Source: Gemmatimonadales bacterium (GTDB lineage: Bacteria > Gemmatimonadota > Gemmatimonadetes > Gemmatimonadales > GWC2-71-9). Taken from it: 64,000 nt of DNA. The position numbers and the translations under genes are program-made. Of the stretch, positions 50,057 through 61,750 are shown piece by piece. The stretch covers positions 480,001 to 544,000 of the forward strand of contig OZ252244.1 in assembly GCA_965249575.1 (NCBI GenBank), in the 5' to 3' direction. How positions within the stretch are numbered: position 1 is the stretch's first letter; each line of letters begins with the position of its first letter. The notes under the pieces were generated by a model, which made no database searches, was not told where the DNA came from, and saw nothing but the letters and a program-made list of their open reading frames with translations.

Positions 50057-52708
50057 CTAGTTCTCGCCCGCCACGAGCTGCTGAAATCGTGGATCATCGC
50101 GTAGCGGATCCCAGACGGGATCGATTCTGAGCATCGGCACGGAAGTGTTTGAGGGGACCGCCAACAAACTTTCGAGTCGGTCAATGGCAGCATCGTACTC
50201 GCCGACCATGGCGTAGATACGCGCCAAGTCCTCCACTCGCCAGGCACCGCGCCACGCTTCTTTGCTCATCGGAAGTAACTGAATGGCCAGCTCGCCTTCG
50301 CGGACCGCATCGTCCTTGCGACCGAGACCGGCATAGGCGATGCCGAGAGCGGAGTGCAACCGCTCGTCATCGGGACGCTCTTTAATCTCGGACTCTAGAA
50401 TGCTGCGCGTCGAATCGTAATAGGCTCGCTCACGCTGCGGGTGCCCCATGAGTCCATAGATCTTGGCATGGAGTTGAGATTTGAGCACGTAGAACAATCC
50501 GTCTTCGAAAACGTCTGCCGCACTGGAAGCCAGCTTGTCCAGCGCCTCCTCATGGTCACCGTCCAACACATCGGTCAGCACCGACACGTACGTGACCCAC
50601 TGATGTTCTCGGAGGCCAGAGCGCTCGGCCTCCTCCAGTACTGCGCGAGCCCTCTCCGTATTGCCTTCCAAACGGAGGTTCAAAAAATGCACCTTATCCG
50701 CGTACGGGCCGGTCGAATCCGGAACCAAGGAAATAGCTCGTTCAAATTGGCGGACTGCCCCCACAGCGTCGCGCAAAAGCGCGAACGTTTGCGAAAGGTT
50801 AAGAGCCATGTTCGCAGAACGCGGGTCGAGCTCTGCGGCTCTGACGAAATGTGGCAGTGCGTCAAGCATGTTCCCCTGCCGTCGTTGGACGGACCCGATC
50901 CCGGCCCAAAGCTCTGCGTTGTTCGGCTCGCTTGCTTGGGCGATGGCGAATTCGGCTAGAGCACGATCATACTCCAGATAACCCCAGTAGTGGTAGAATC
51001 CCAAGGCTCGATGGGCTGCGGCAGATCGGGATCAAGCCGCAAGGCCTCGTCCACCGCTTGCTTGGCCATCGGCCGACGCTGTTGGGTTCGGTCATAGAAG
51101 AACCACCACATTCCCGAATGAGCCCAAGAGAGTTTCGCGTAGGCCACCGCGAACTCCGGGTCCAACTCGACGGCCTTCTGGTACATTTGGATGGCAATCT
51201 GCCAGTCCTGTTGTTCAACGCTTCGTCCGGAGTAATCATTTCCGCGCAAGAAGTAGTCGTACGCCTCCTGGTTGTCGGTGGGCTGCGCGGCCAGGCGTCG
51301 GCGTTCGGGCTCGAGCAGCGTGACGTCCAGCTCCTGTGCGACCTGCTCGGCGATGTCCGCCTGAACGCGGAAGATGTCCCCGGCTACCAGGGCGGCGGTG
51401 TATCGATCCGTCCAGAGATGGGCGTCGTCGGAGACGCGAATGAGCTGGGGTGTCACCCGGACCTGACCCGAGCCATCCGGTGATCGGTCAGTGCGTATCG
51501 TACCCTCCAGCACGTACTCAACGCTCAGTTCTTCCCCGATCTGCTGGAGCGTCTTGTCCGAGCCCTTGTATTGCGTCGCGCTCTGCCGTGAGATGACTCG
51601 CAATCCGCTGATCTCAGCGATCCGGCTGGTGACTTCCTCGCTGATGCCGTCAGCGAAGTAGTCGTCCTCTGGCGTGCCGAGATTCTCGAATGGTAAGACA
51701 ACCACCCTCGGAACGTCGGCCGCCGCTGTGGTTCCGCGTTGGCCGGAGTTACCGATGAACCACGCCGCGGCCACGATGAGAATGACCCCGGCAGCTCCGA
51801 AAGCAGGAACGCGGAAGCGTCGCATCGATTTCGTCGGGGACGCCGGAACGGATTGAGTGTCCGTGGGCGTCATCCCCACGCTCGGAGTCGCCAGCGCCTC
51901 GAGCTGTGGCGACAACTCGTCCGCACTCTGCCAGCGGTCGGCCGGCTTCTTGGCTAGGCACTTCATCACCACGGCTTCCAACTCCGCCGAGACCTGGTCC
52001 CGGTGCCTGCTGACCGGCTCCACCTGCTCTGTGACATGAGCAGCCCGTATTGATTGCGGCGTCGTGCCCGTGAACGGTGTTCTCCCAGCGAGTAGCTCGT
52101 AGGCCATCGCACCCACCGCATAGATATCTGCACGGTGGTCGATGTGCGGATCCGCCGTGGCCTGCTCTGGGGCCATGTAGGCCGGCGTGCCGAGGGCGAC
52201 GCCCGCGGCCGGTGGCTTCGCTGACCGCCTTGGCTACGCCAAAGTCGGTCACCATGGCGTGACGCCCCGCAAGCATGACGTTGTCAGGCTTGATGTCCCG
52301 ATGCACCACGCCCTGCGAGTGGGCGAACGCCAAGGCATCCACCACTTCGCGGACGATCCGCACCGTTTCAGTGATGGGTAATTCCCTCTCGTGCTGCAAC
52401 CGCTCCCGGAGGGTATCACCTTTGATGTAGGGCATGACGTAATACAGGAACCCGTCGGCCTCCCCGGAGTCGTGTAGCGGTAGGATATGCGGATGCGTCA
52501 GGTTGGCCGCAATCTTGATCTCGCGGAGGAATCGCTCGGGGCCGAGCGCCGCCGCCAGCTCCGGCCGTAGTACCTTGACAGCAACCTTGCGATCGTGCTT
52601 GAGGTCGTGGGCGAGATAAACTGTGGCCATCCCACCAGCGCCAAGCTCCCGCTGAATGCGGTAGCGGTCGGCTAATGCTGTTGTGAGACGGTCGAGGAGG
52701 TCCGACAC
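50057..52708 (-). pseudogene. Ser/Thr kinase-TM-TolB-N-like/TPR gene with two frame disruptions (~52205, ~51015)
   Basis: Three consecutive ORFs reconstruct one gene; short deletion in the activation loop. Confidence 0.85.
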
Positions 52709-52937
52709 CGCACCACGCTTGTCGGTGACCTGACTACGATACGGCGGAGGGGATCAGGCGGCCAGGGTGGGATGCGGTTTCATCCCTGCGCCACGAGTCC
52801 GGCCGTGGCACCACTCTCCACTCGCCAATCCTCGGGCGCCGGCTCAGCCGAACGGAGCCCGGCCTGAACCCCCACTCCGCGCAGGAACCCGCTACGGCCG
52901 GCGCGACCTCGATTTCACCCTCTCCCTGCCGGCACCC

Positions 52938-53125
52938 ATCATGACCCATGCGTTGCGCTGCCGGGCAGAGGAGAACCAGATTGTGCATATGCCAGCACCG
53001 CATCGATCAGCACGGTCGGGGATGTGCTCGCGTTGCCGGAGGCCGGCCTGCGTCACGAGTGGGATGGCGAGCACGTCGTGACGCTAGCGCCGCGCGCCGA
53101 TCGTCAACGCGTGGTTGGTCGTCTG
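52938..53125 (+). pseudogene. Uma2-family endonuclease 5' remnant
   Basis: Degenerate nucleotide copy of ~58730-58920. Confidence 0.75.
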
Positions 53126-53145
53126 TGGCCGCATGGGGGGGGTGA

Positions 53146-53583
53146 ATGACTGATCGGATTCCTGCGGTTGTCCAGCCCGGTGACCAGCGAACAACGTGGC
53201 GTGGCGCTGGCGACGAATACCGCGTCCTCGCATCAGGCGATGACACCGCCGGGGATTATTTCGTGATGGAGGGCATCGTGCCTCCAGGTGGTGGCCCACC
53301 GCCGCACATTCAGACCCGAGAAGAAGAGGCGTTCTACGTGCTGGAGGGTGAGGTTGTCTTTCGGGCTGCCGGCGAGCGCATCCTCGGCCGCCCGGGCACC
53401 TACCTCAACATTCCACGCGGCGTTGCGCATCACTTCAAGAACGAATCGGCCACGACCGCGCGGCTCCTCATCTTCTTTGCGCCAGCGGGCATTGAGCCCA
53501 TGATGGAGAGGATGGCGGCTGACCCAGACAACTACATTGGAATCGGGAAGGAATACGGCGTCGAGTTTGTCGATCGTGCCTAG
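53146..53583 (+). CDS. cupin domain protein
   Basis: PPPHIQTREEEAFYVLEG, IPRGVAHHF. Confidence 0.9.
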   Translation: MTDRIPAVVQPGDQRTTWRGAGDEYRVLASGDDTAGDYFVMEGIVPPGGGPPPHIQTREEEAFYVLEGEVVFRAAGERILGRPGTYLNIPRGVAHHFKNESATTARLLIFFAPAGIEPMMERMAADPDNYIGIGKEYGVEFVDRA

Positions 53584-53708
53584 GGGGAGAAAGTCACTCA
53601 GTCGCTGCGCCCTCTCGAACTCACGACGACGATCTCGCCCTCACTGACTTCCTGTTCCGCCCTGCGCCCCGTTCTCTGCCGACCGGAGAGGGCGTAAACG
53701 AGAGCAAG

Positions 53709-56035
53709 TTACCCTCCGACCTCCTCCGGCAGGTTCATCCGCCGCAGCATCTCTCCGAATCGCGGATCAGCCTTGAGCGCCGCCGAGAACGGAGCAACGG
53801 CGAGATAGACCATGTCGTGGTCGCGCTGGTCATATGCGCGCTCGAGCCACTCGAATGCCCGATCGGTTTCTCCTGCCATGTCGAACATCACCACGACCAG
53901 CATCGGTTTGACGAACATCCTGGCAGCGCGCCTGCCGAGGATGTCCGCCGCAGCGAGCGCCGCATCTCGGTAGCTCCCCCCACCGTACCCCTGGTCGATT
54001 GCGCCCATCACCTCCGGGTCTCGCAATAGCTCAAAGAACGTTCGGGCCTGCGCCATTGCTTCCTCGGCCAGGCCCTGCCTATTGAGGGCTCCCGCTAAAG
54101 CGTAGCGCGAGAGCGAGAGGTTCGGTGCCATGTCTATCGTCTGCCTTAGTTGCGTAGCGCCATCGTCAATCCGTCCGGCGAAGACCATCTGGATGCCGCT
54201 CAGGGCATGGATAAAGGGGTTGTACGGATCGATCTCGAGCGCATGCTGCACGTGCGGGGTCGCCTCCTCAGTCCGCCCGAGAGCCGTGAGAGAGTGTCCG
54301 AAGAGAACGCTCGTGAGCTGATCGTTCGAGTCGAGCTCGATTGACCGACGGAACGCCGCCTCGGCCGGCCCCCATTCCCAGTCGTACCATGCGCGACCCT
54401 GCGCCAGCTGGGACCAGCCCTCCACAAGCGTGCTGTCTAGCTCGACGGCCCGCTCGGCAGCAGCGATCAACGAGGGGCCGGCTTCGTGTGGCGGGGAGAG
54501 ACCGATCACCAACCGTCCGCCCCAGACCCGACCGATGCCAGCGTGGGCCGGGGCATAGCTGACATCGTGCTCGAGGGTCCGGTTGAAGTACTGCAACGCG
54601 ATCCCAAGGTCTTGCGGTGTATTTCGATCGGCGTGGAAAACGCCGCGCATGTACGCCTCGTACGCCCGGGGATCGATTTGCGGCACCGTTGTGGGGCGCC
54701 CCTCTGCCTGCGGAAGCGCCAGCTGCATCTCACCGACGATCGCCTCCGCGACATCGCGATACAGAACGAATACGTTCTGCAGATCGGCGTCGTAGGATCT
54801 GGACCAGATGTATTCCTCGGTCTCGCCGTCGAACAAGCGTACCTGGATCCCCACACTGTCGCCCACGCGAAAGGCCGATCCCTCCACGAGAGCGTCCACG
54901 CCGAGCTCGCTGGCGATCTCGCGACCCGGTTTGTCGGTGGTCGAGTACCGCATCACCGATGGGCGGGCGATTACGGTGAGCCCCGCTTGGGTGAGTTGTG
55001 AGATCACCGCCTCGTGCATTCCCTGCACGAGATACTCCTGGTCAGGATCGTTCATGAGATTACCGAAGGGCAATACCGCCAACCGGTTGATCGCAGGATC
55101 GCCGCCCTGGGTGTAGCCCCACAAACCCGCCACCACCAACAGGACGGCCACTCCAGCAACCGCGGGCCGGCGCCACCTTCTCGGTCCCACCCGCGCCACG
55201 ACCGTCCCCGACGTCAACACGTCGGCAAGGGTGCGCGCTGACGGAAACCGATCGGCCGGGCTCTTGGCCAGCGCCCGCTCCACCGCCCGCCCCACGAACA
55301 CCGGGATCGTAGGATCACGCGCGCGAAGCCCCGGCACCGTATCCACCGCGTGTTTCGCTAGCAGCGCCTGGGCCGTCGTCCCCTCGAACGGTGCGTGGCC
55401 CGCCACCATTTCGTACACGACGCAGCCCAGGGCATAGACGTCGCTCCGCGCGTCGACGTCCTCCGATCCCACAGCCTGCTCCGGACTCATGTAGGCTGGC
55501 GTACCGAGCGCCAATCCGGTCCCGGTCAAGCGCTCGCCGCCCGCGGCTTGGACGGCGCGCGCGATCCGAAATCCGCCACGATCGCCTGATCGTCCGCGAG
55601 CAGAATGTTCTCCGGCTTGACGTCTCGATGGACCACGCCCCGCTCGTGCGCGTAACTCAAGGCCGACGCTATGTGATCGGTGATGCGTATCCCGTCTTCC
55701 AGCGTGAGCTTTCCCTCCCGGTCCAGCCGCTCCCGCAGCGACTCCCCTTCGATATACGGCATGACGTAATAGAGGAATCCGTCCGCGTCGCCGGAGTCGT
55801 GAAGTGTCAGTATGTGGGGATGTGTCAACTGCGCCGCGATCTCGATCTCGCGAACGAACCGCTCGGGGCCGAGCGCGGCTGCCAACTCCGGCCGCAATAC
55901 CTTCACAGCCACCATGCGATGATGCTTGAGATCCTCGGCGAGATACACGGTCGCCATGCCCCCCGCGCCGAGCTCCCGCTCGATGCGGTAGCGGTCGGCA
56001 AGGGCGGTGGTGAGCCGGGCGGGCTGATCCGTCAC
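53709..56035 (-). CDS. Ser/Thr kinase-TM-TolB-N-like/TPR; single frameshift near 55565
   Basis: HRDVKPEN and DFG in one frame, GTPAYMSPEQ, LAVLPF and TPRs in the next. Confidence 0.85.
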
Positions 56036-56092
56036 GGCGTTCCTGCTCCCCCCGTGAGCCACCGTAACTCCTCGAAGCAGCTCACAACCCTA
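56032..56092 (-). pseudogene. degenerate kinase-TolB 3' stub
   Basis: VVSCFEELRWLTGEQ resembles VLNWFEEVRRLTG; abuts the start of the next kinase. Confidence 0.65.
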
Positions 56093-56126
56093 GTTCCATC
56101 CCTTCGCCTTCACCCGGCGAGGGTCA

Positions 56127-58544
56127 TTAGTCGAGCCGCACGTTCTTCATCAATACGTCAAGCCTTGGATCGGAGCGCAGACCGTCAAGCCTCGGATCTA
56201 CTGCCATATAGCCGATCCACGGAGAGCGCTCTTCGAGCGCGCGGTCTAACCAACGAAACGCGTCATCCGTCTCACCGAGCGCCACGTAAATCACCGCCGT
56301 ATGGTACGCGGATACATGCCGCGTTGCGGACTCCTGCTTTAATCGCTCGAGGATCTTCCTCGCCCGCTCCCCGTCGCCCGCCTTGGCATGGGCATGACCC
56401 AGCGAGGCTATGTAGAGTGGGTTGCCGCCCGATATGTCTATCGCTTGCTGCGCCTCCGAGATCGCCTCCTGATACCGCCCTGTTTGCTCCAATGCCCATC
56501 CCAGATGCCAGTGTCCCGGCGCGAAGCGGGCACCCAGCTCCAGCGCCTTCTCATATTCCTGGATCGCCACCTCGTGCCGGCCCGCGAAGTAGTGACGCAG
56601 GCCTACCCAGGTATTGATGATGGGCGAGAGCGGATCCAACTCGCGCGCCTTCTCCGCCTCCCTGAGCGCTTCCTCGTGCCGCCCCATGGCAGACAGGTAG
56701 CCGCCGTACCAGTGGTGCGCAGTCGGGTACCTCGGGTTGAGCTCGATGGCTCGCCTGTACTCTCGTTCCGCTGCCTCCCAATCATGATCGAATTCGAGGT
56801 GAATGTGCGCCAGGGAAGTGTGCGGCTCCGCGAGCGTCTCGTCGAACTCCAGAGCGTTCATGACTGCCTGTTTGGCCTTCGGGAAGGTCTCTTTCGGAGC
56901 CAGCACGCTGTACCAGCCTCGGAAAATCCACGTGTCGGCAATTCCGACATGGGCTAAGGCATAACCGGGGTCCAGATCAACCGCCTGTTGAAAGTAGGTG
57001 AGCCCGATCTGAATCTCCTTTTCCGTTCGCTTGTTCCAGAAGTGCCGGCCTCTCAGGTAGAGCCTGTAGGCGTCTAGATTCTCAGTTGGTCTGGCAGTCA
57101 CAGACCTGAGCTCGCCCCGGAGCAGCGTAACGCCCAGCCGGTCAATCACCTGGCTGGCAATGTCGGACTGCACCTCGAAGATGTCCTCGATCACACGCTC
57201 GTAGGATTCCGACCAGAGCTGTGTGCCGTCAGCGACGCGGATGAGCTCCGGGCTGATGCGCACTCGGCGGGAGCCGCTTCCGTCGCCACCCCAAAGGACG
57301 CGTCCGCCGAGGATATAACCGACGCCTAGCTCCTCGCCGATCTCGTGAATGCTCTTGTTGGTACCTGCATAGCCGAGCGCGCCTCTGCGCGAGATGACTG
57401 AGAGCCCGCTCACCGCACCCAGGCGAGTGGTAACCTCATCGGTCATGCCGGCAGCGAAGTACACATCCTCGGGAGGGCCCAGATTCTCGAACGGTAAGAC
57501 GACGATCATCTTCGTTTCGACAACCGACTCCTCTCGCGGTTGTCGGACGGCCGCTTCGGGCTCGGGTGTGGTTCGACTGAGCCACAGGCCATACCCCCCC
57601 ATCCCCAGGATCAGGAGTCCAGCGATTCCGGCAGCGAACCATCGTTTCCGGGAGGCCGCTGTCTCGTTAGCTGGCCTTCCCACCAGATTCTTGTCGAGCG
57701 TCCCGACCTCCAGCCGACGCTCTAAGGCGTCAACGAACTCTGAGGCCCTGTCAAATCTGTCTGTCGGAACCCTCGCGAGCGCCTGCTGCACCGCTGCCGC
57801 CACGTGGACCGGCACCGTCTCGCGGAGCTCGGTCAGAACCACCGGTCGTACCGTCAGAATCTTTGCAAGGATTGCTTGCGCAGACGCCCCCGTGTGCGGC
57901 GGCTCGCCCGCCAACATCTCGTATAACACACAACCCAGCGAATAGATGTCCGAGCGACTCGTCAGGTCCTTCTCCGCCGTCGCCTGCTCGGGACTCATGT
58001 ACTCCGGCGTCCCCAGCGAAAGCCCAGTCGCCGTCAATCGCATACCGCCGGCCTCGCTCACCGCGAGGGCGATGCCAAAGTCGGTGACCATCGCCTCACC
58101 CTCATGCAGCAGGATGTTCTCGGGTTTGATGTCGCGATGGATCACAGCCTGGCGATGGGCGTAGTCGAGCGCCGATGCAACCTGACCGGTTACGTGAACT
58201 GCGTCGTCAATGGAGAGTTGGCGTTCATGACGAAGTCTGTGGCGCAGTGATTCGCCCTCGACCACCGGCATGACGTAGTAGAGGAAACCGTCGGCTTCCC
58301 CTGAGTCGAACAGCGGCAGAATATGCGGGTGCTGGAGGTTGGCGGTGACCTTGATCTCCTGTAGGAACCGGTCGGCACCCAGGACAGCCGCCAGTTCAGG
58401 CCGAAGCACTTTGACCGCCACCTTGCGGTCGTGCTTCAGGTCTTCGGCCAGATAGACCGTCGCCATCCCACCCGCGCCGAGCTCGCGCTCGATGCGGTAG
58501 CGGTCGGCTAATGCTGTTTTGAGACGGTCGAAGACGTCGGACAC
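56127..58544 (-). CDS. Hanks-type Ser/Thr kinase with TM, TolB-N-like domain and TPRs
   Basis: Intact 805-aa ORF with all motifs. Confidence 0.96.
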   Translation of the reverse strand: MSDVFDRLKTALADRYRIERELGAGGMATVYLAEDLKHDRKVAVKVLRPELAAVLGADRFLQEIKVTANLQHPHILPLFDSGEADGFLYYVMPVVEGESLRHRLRHERQLSIDDAVHVTGQVASALDYAHRQAVIHRDIKPENILLHEGEAMVTDFGIALAVSEAGGMRLTATGLSLGTPEYMSPEQATAEKDLTSRSDIYSLGCVLYEMLAGEPPHTGASAQAILAKILTVRPVVLTELRETVPVHVAAAVQQALARVPTDRFDRASEFVDALERRLEVGTLDKNLVGRPANETAASRKRWFAAGIAGLLILGMGGYGLWLSRTTPEPEAAVRQPREESVVETKMIVVLPFENLGPPEDVYFAAGMTDEVTTRLGAVSGLSVISRRGALGYAGTNKSIHEIGEELGVGYILGGRVLWGGDGSGSRRVRISPELIRVADGTQLWSESYERVIEDIFEVQSDIASQVIDRLGVTLLRGELRSVTARPTENLDAYRLYLRGRHFWNKRTEKEIQIGLTYFQQAVDLDPGYALAHVGIADTWIFRGWYSVLAPKETFPKAKQAVMNALEFDETLAEPHTSLAHIHLEFDHDWEAAEREYRRAIELNPRYPTAHHWYGGYLSAMGRHEEALREAEKARELDPLSPIINTWVGLRHYFAGRHEVAIQEYEKALELGARFAPGHWHLGWALEQTGRYQEAISEAQQAIDISGGNPLYIASLGHAHAKAGDGERARKILERLKQESATRHVSAYHTAVIYVALGETDDAFRWLDRALEERSPWIGYMAVDPRLDGLRSDPRLDVLMKNVRLD

Positions 58545-58774
58545 AGGGCCACACCGGTTTGTGACCCGATTAGGATACGGTGGAGGGGGTTAGGCGGCCA
58601 GGGTGATTGGTGGCTCGTCTGGATCGCCTCCCTCGGATAAACCCGCGACTCTCGGTCGCGAGCGGGGCCCGAGCGGGAATCCGCCACGCATGACGCTAGT
58701 CCGGTACGGCTATTTTCCTACACGCCACAATCATGTCCCATGCGTTGCGCCGGTCGGCCGAGGGGAACCAGATT

Positions 58775-59325
58775 ATGGGTATGCCAGCACCGCAGACGAT
58801 CAACACAATCGAGGAGCTGCTCGCGCTGCCGGAGGACGGCCTGCGTCACGAGCTGTTGGACGGCAAGCACGTCGTGACACCAGCGCCGTCCGTCGACCAT
58901 CAGCGGGTGGTTGGACGGCTCTTAATGATCCTGACGACGTCGATCGGCTCGGATCATTGTATCGAAGTGCTCTCGAGCCCAGCCGACGTGCACTTGACGC
59001 CACGGACCCTCGTTCAACCGGACGTGTTCATCGTCCGCCGCGACGACGAACGGCTGGCCAGGGAGTGGCGTGAGGTCGGGGTGCCGCTGGTAGCCGTCGA
59101 GGTCCTGTCACGCTCCACCGCCGCCCGGGATCGCGGGACGAAGCGGCGCCTCTATCTCGAGGCGGGCGTCGAGGAATACTGGATCGTCGATCTCGATGCG
59201 CGACTCATCGAGCGCTGGCGGCTCGGGGACGACGGGCCGGAGATCGTCGACGGCGAGATGGATGGGAACTGAGCGTTGGGGTGTCGGGATTCCTCGAGGT
59301 ACCAGTTCTCTTCGAGCGTCTGTAG
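58775..59325 (+). CDS. Uma2-family (PD-(D/E)xK) endonuclease; frameshift near 59260
   Basis: RHELLDG, HQ, QPD, VEVLS.ST...DRGTK..LY...GV.EYWIVD; tail 'WELSVGVSGFLEVPVLFERL*' in the adjacent frame. Confidence 0.9.
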
Positions 59326-59531
59326 CTTCAGCACCCCTCCGTGCTCGGCATTCGCTGAACGCGCCCACCGCTAGCCGTCCGTCCGCCATACTATGCGTCA
59401 TAGACGTTGCGACAATCCGTAATCGATTGACCGCCGACTGCCGCAGTTGGCGCCTGGCGGCAATCCGGCGCTTCCGCCGCGACGTCACCGGATGCACAGC
59501 AAGCGATCTACCAACAACACCGGAGGCCCTC

Positions 59532-59680
59532 ATGCCCGAAATCCAGATCAACTACCTCGCGGTCGGCGCGGCAGCGTTAGCCACGCTCGTTATTGGTGCT
59601 GTTTGGTATTCGCCGCTGTTGTTCAGCAAACTCTGGATGAAGGCCCACGGATACACGGCAGAGGACCTCGAGCAGATGCG
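59532..59680 (+). pseudogene. DUF1761-family 5' fragment
   Basis: GGAGG RBS; INYLAV...IGAVWYSPLLFSKLWM, then unrelated sequence. Confidence 0.75.
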
Positions 59681-60024
59681 ACTACTACCCGCTAGCCAAG
59701 TACCGGAACTACTTCGTGGCCGATCTGTGCAAGACGTCGGAGAAGCTCTTCGGTACCGACCGCTTCGAGCGGCTCAATCTGGCGCAACGAACGAGGGTGA
59801 TGGACCACCGGCAGAAAAGCGGCGGGGTGACTACGCAGCTCTACAGCGGCGCCATCCTGCTGACCCAAATCACCTGCTATGCCGGGATCTACGACGACGC
59901 AAAGGGGTGCCCCCTGATCGACTTCCCGGGTCGGTACCGCCCCATGCCCCTGTCCGAGACATCCCATCCACAACCAGAGCGGTTCCTCGCGGTGGCGATC
60001 ACCCGCGACGGCAACCCTTCATGA
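59681..60024 (+). pseudogene. 3' fragment of a GMC-partner (gluconate 2-dehydrogenase subunit 3-like) gene
   Basis: 'FERLNLAQRTRV...YAGIYD...IDFPG' just upstream of the GMC gene; no proper start. Confidence 0.45.
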
Positions 60025-60036
60025 GGACGGCAATCC

Positions 60037-61507
60037 ATGCGAGTCCTCAAGACCGACGCACTCGTAATCGGCTCCGGGTTCGGGGCCGCGCCCGCCGCCC
60101 TCCGCTTGGCGCGAGCCGGCTTCAAAGTGGTAATCGTTGAAAAAGGGCCCGCCATCGATCCGATGCGGGATTTCCGGCAGACCCAGGATCCGAAGTACCT
60201 GCTCAAGTACCTGAAGAGCGAAGCGGGCGACAACCTCAGCCTCACCTACGCCGAGGCGATAGGAGGCGGATCGGGCTTTTACGAGATGGTTTCGCTCCGC
60301 GCGCCATCGCTCGCGTTCGAACAAACCGATGTTTTCAAACAACCTCTGTGGCCGGCGGGGCTGGACCGGAAAGTGTTCGACCCGTACTACGACGTCGCGG
60401 AGGAGATGCTGCACGTCGAACAGATTCCGCCCGAGTTGGTTCCGAAGAGCGGGCTGGTGTTCTCCCTCCTCATGAAGAACCTCGGCTATTCGTGCGAGCG
60501 CGCCCGATATGCCGTGAAAAACTGCCTGGGTACCGGATTTTGCGTGACCGGGTGCATCTACGGTGCCAAGCAGTCGCTCCTGTTGAATTACCTTCCGCAA
60601 GCCGTCGAGGCGGGGGCGACGGTCGCGACCGAGTTGGCCGCGGTTTCCATTCGACCCTGCCACCGAACGGTGCGGGAGGGTGTGGTCGACGGCGTTCCCC
60701 ATCGCTACGAGGTCCAGTGCAAGGCATCGGGCGAGAAGGCCGAGGACACGCTGTTTCGGGCCAAGCTGGTGATTCTCGCGGGCGGGACGGTCGGCACGGC
60801 AAAGCTCCTGTTGCACTCCCAGGAGCTACTCCCGTCGCTGAGTCCCCAGGTGGGGAGGAACATCGCGTTCAACAGTGGTGTGAAGCTGGCAGGACTGATA
60901 CCGCCACACTTCCCGGATGGGGACATGTTCTCCGGTCGGTCGCACGCCGGCATGATCAGCTACGAGTTCCTGAAGACCTACGGCGTGACGATCGCGGCCG
61001 GGAAACCACTCCCCGTTCAAGCCGTGGCCGCGGCACGCCTGCGGCTGGACGGCGATGGGCGCGACGGTCCGTACTGGGGAACGCCCAACGTCGACCTCAT
61101 GAAGCAATACCGCAGGCGCATGATCGTGCTTGCCGCGTTTGGCCTCACCCCGCCTTCTGGAGTCCTTTCAAAGCGGGGACCCGGCGACTTCAACCTGCAG
61201 CTCGAGCTAACCCACGGTCTCAACTCGTACTACCGCCACACGCTCGGGCTGCTGCGGACGATCTTCTCCCGCAACGGATGCCAGATCGTGAACCCCGAGT
61301 TCATCGGCAAGGGCGGCATGCCCCGCGCCGGCCTTCACTTCTCCACGGCGCATCAGCTGGGGTCGTGCCGCATGGGAGAGTCCAAGCGGACCGGCGTGTG
61401 CAATGCCGCCGGCGAAGTGTTCGGATATCACCAGCCTCACCATCCTGGCCAACGCCGAGCGCATCACGCAGGGGATTCTCAGCCGGTACTGGATGCCGCA
61501 CGCATAA
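60037..61507 (+). pseudogene. GMC-family FAD oxidoreductase with a small C-terminal deletion (~61429)
   Basis: IGSGFG, CLGTGFCVTGC, AHQLGSCRMG; 'GEVFGY' jumps to out-of-frame 'TSLTILANAER'. Confidence 0.8.
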
Positions 61508-61523
61508 GTCCTGAAAGGCCGCA

Positions 61524-61727
61524 TTACCGATCCCCCGTCATCCCTACCCGGCGGGCGATCGCCGCATCGAGCCACCGGTCGGGGAGCGCGCGCAACATGA
61601 CCATCCGGAGACGCGATCGGACTACTGGAATGCGAGTCGGAGGTCGTTTCGCCGTGAGCGCGAGCAGCACCGCCTGAGCAACCCGTTCCGGGGCGAGCGG
61701 GTGGCCGGTCCCATCGTGCCAAGCCAC
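61524..61727 (-). pseudogene. short-chain dehydrogenase 3' remnant
   Basis: PERVAQAVLLALTAKRPPTR...LPDRWLD. Confidence 0.65.
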
Positions 61728-61750
61728 TCGCCAGTCCAGTCACCCGAACG

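Noticed and set aside
39826..58544. Diversity-generating retroelement as the source of the repeated kinase ends
   Set aside because: No reverse transcriptase in the window, and differences between copies are not confined to adenines.
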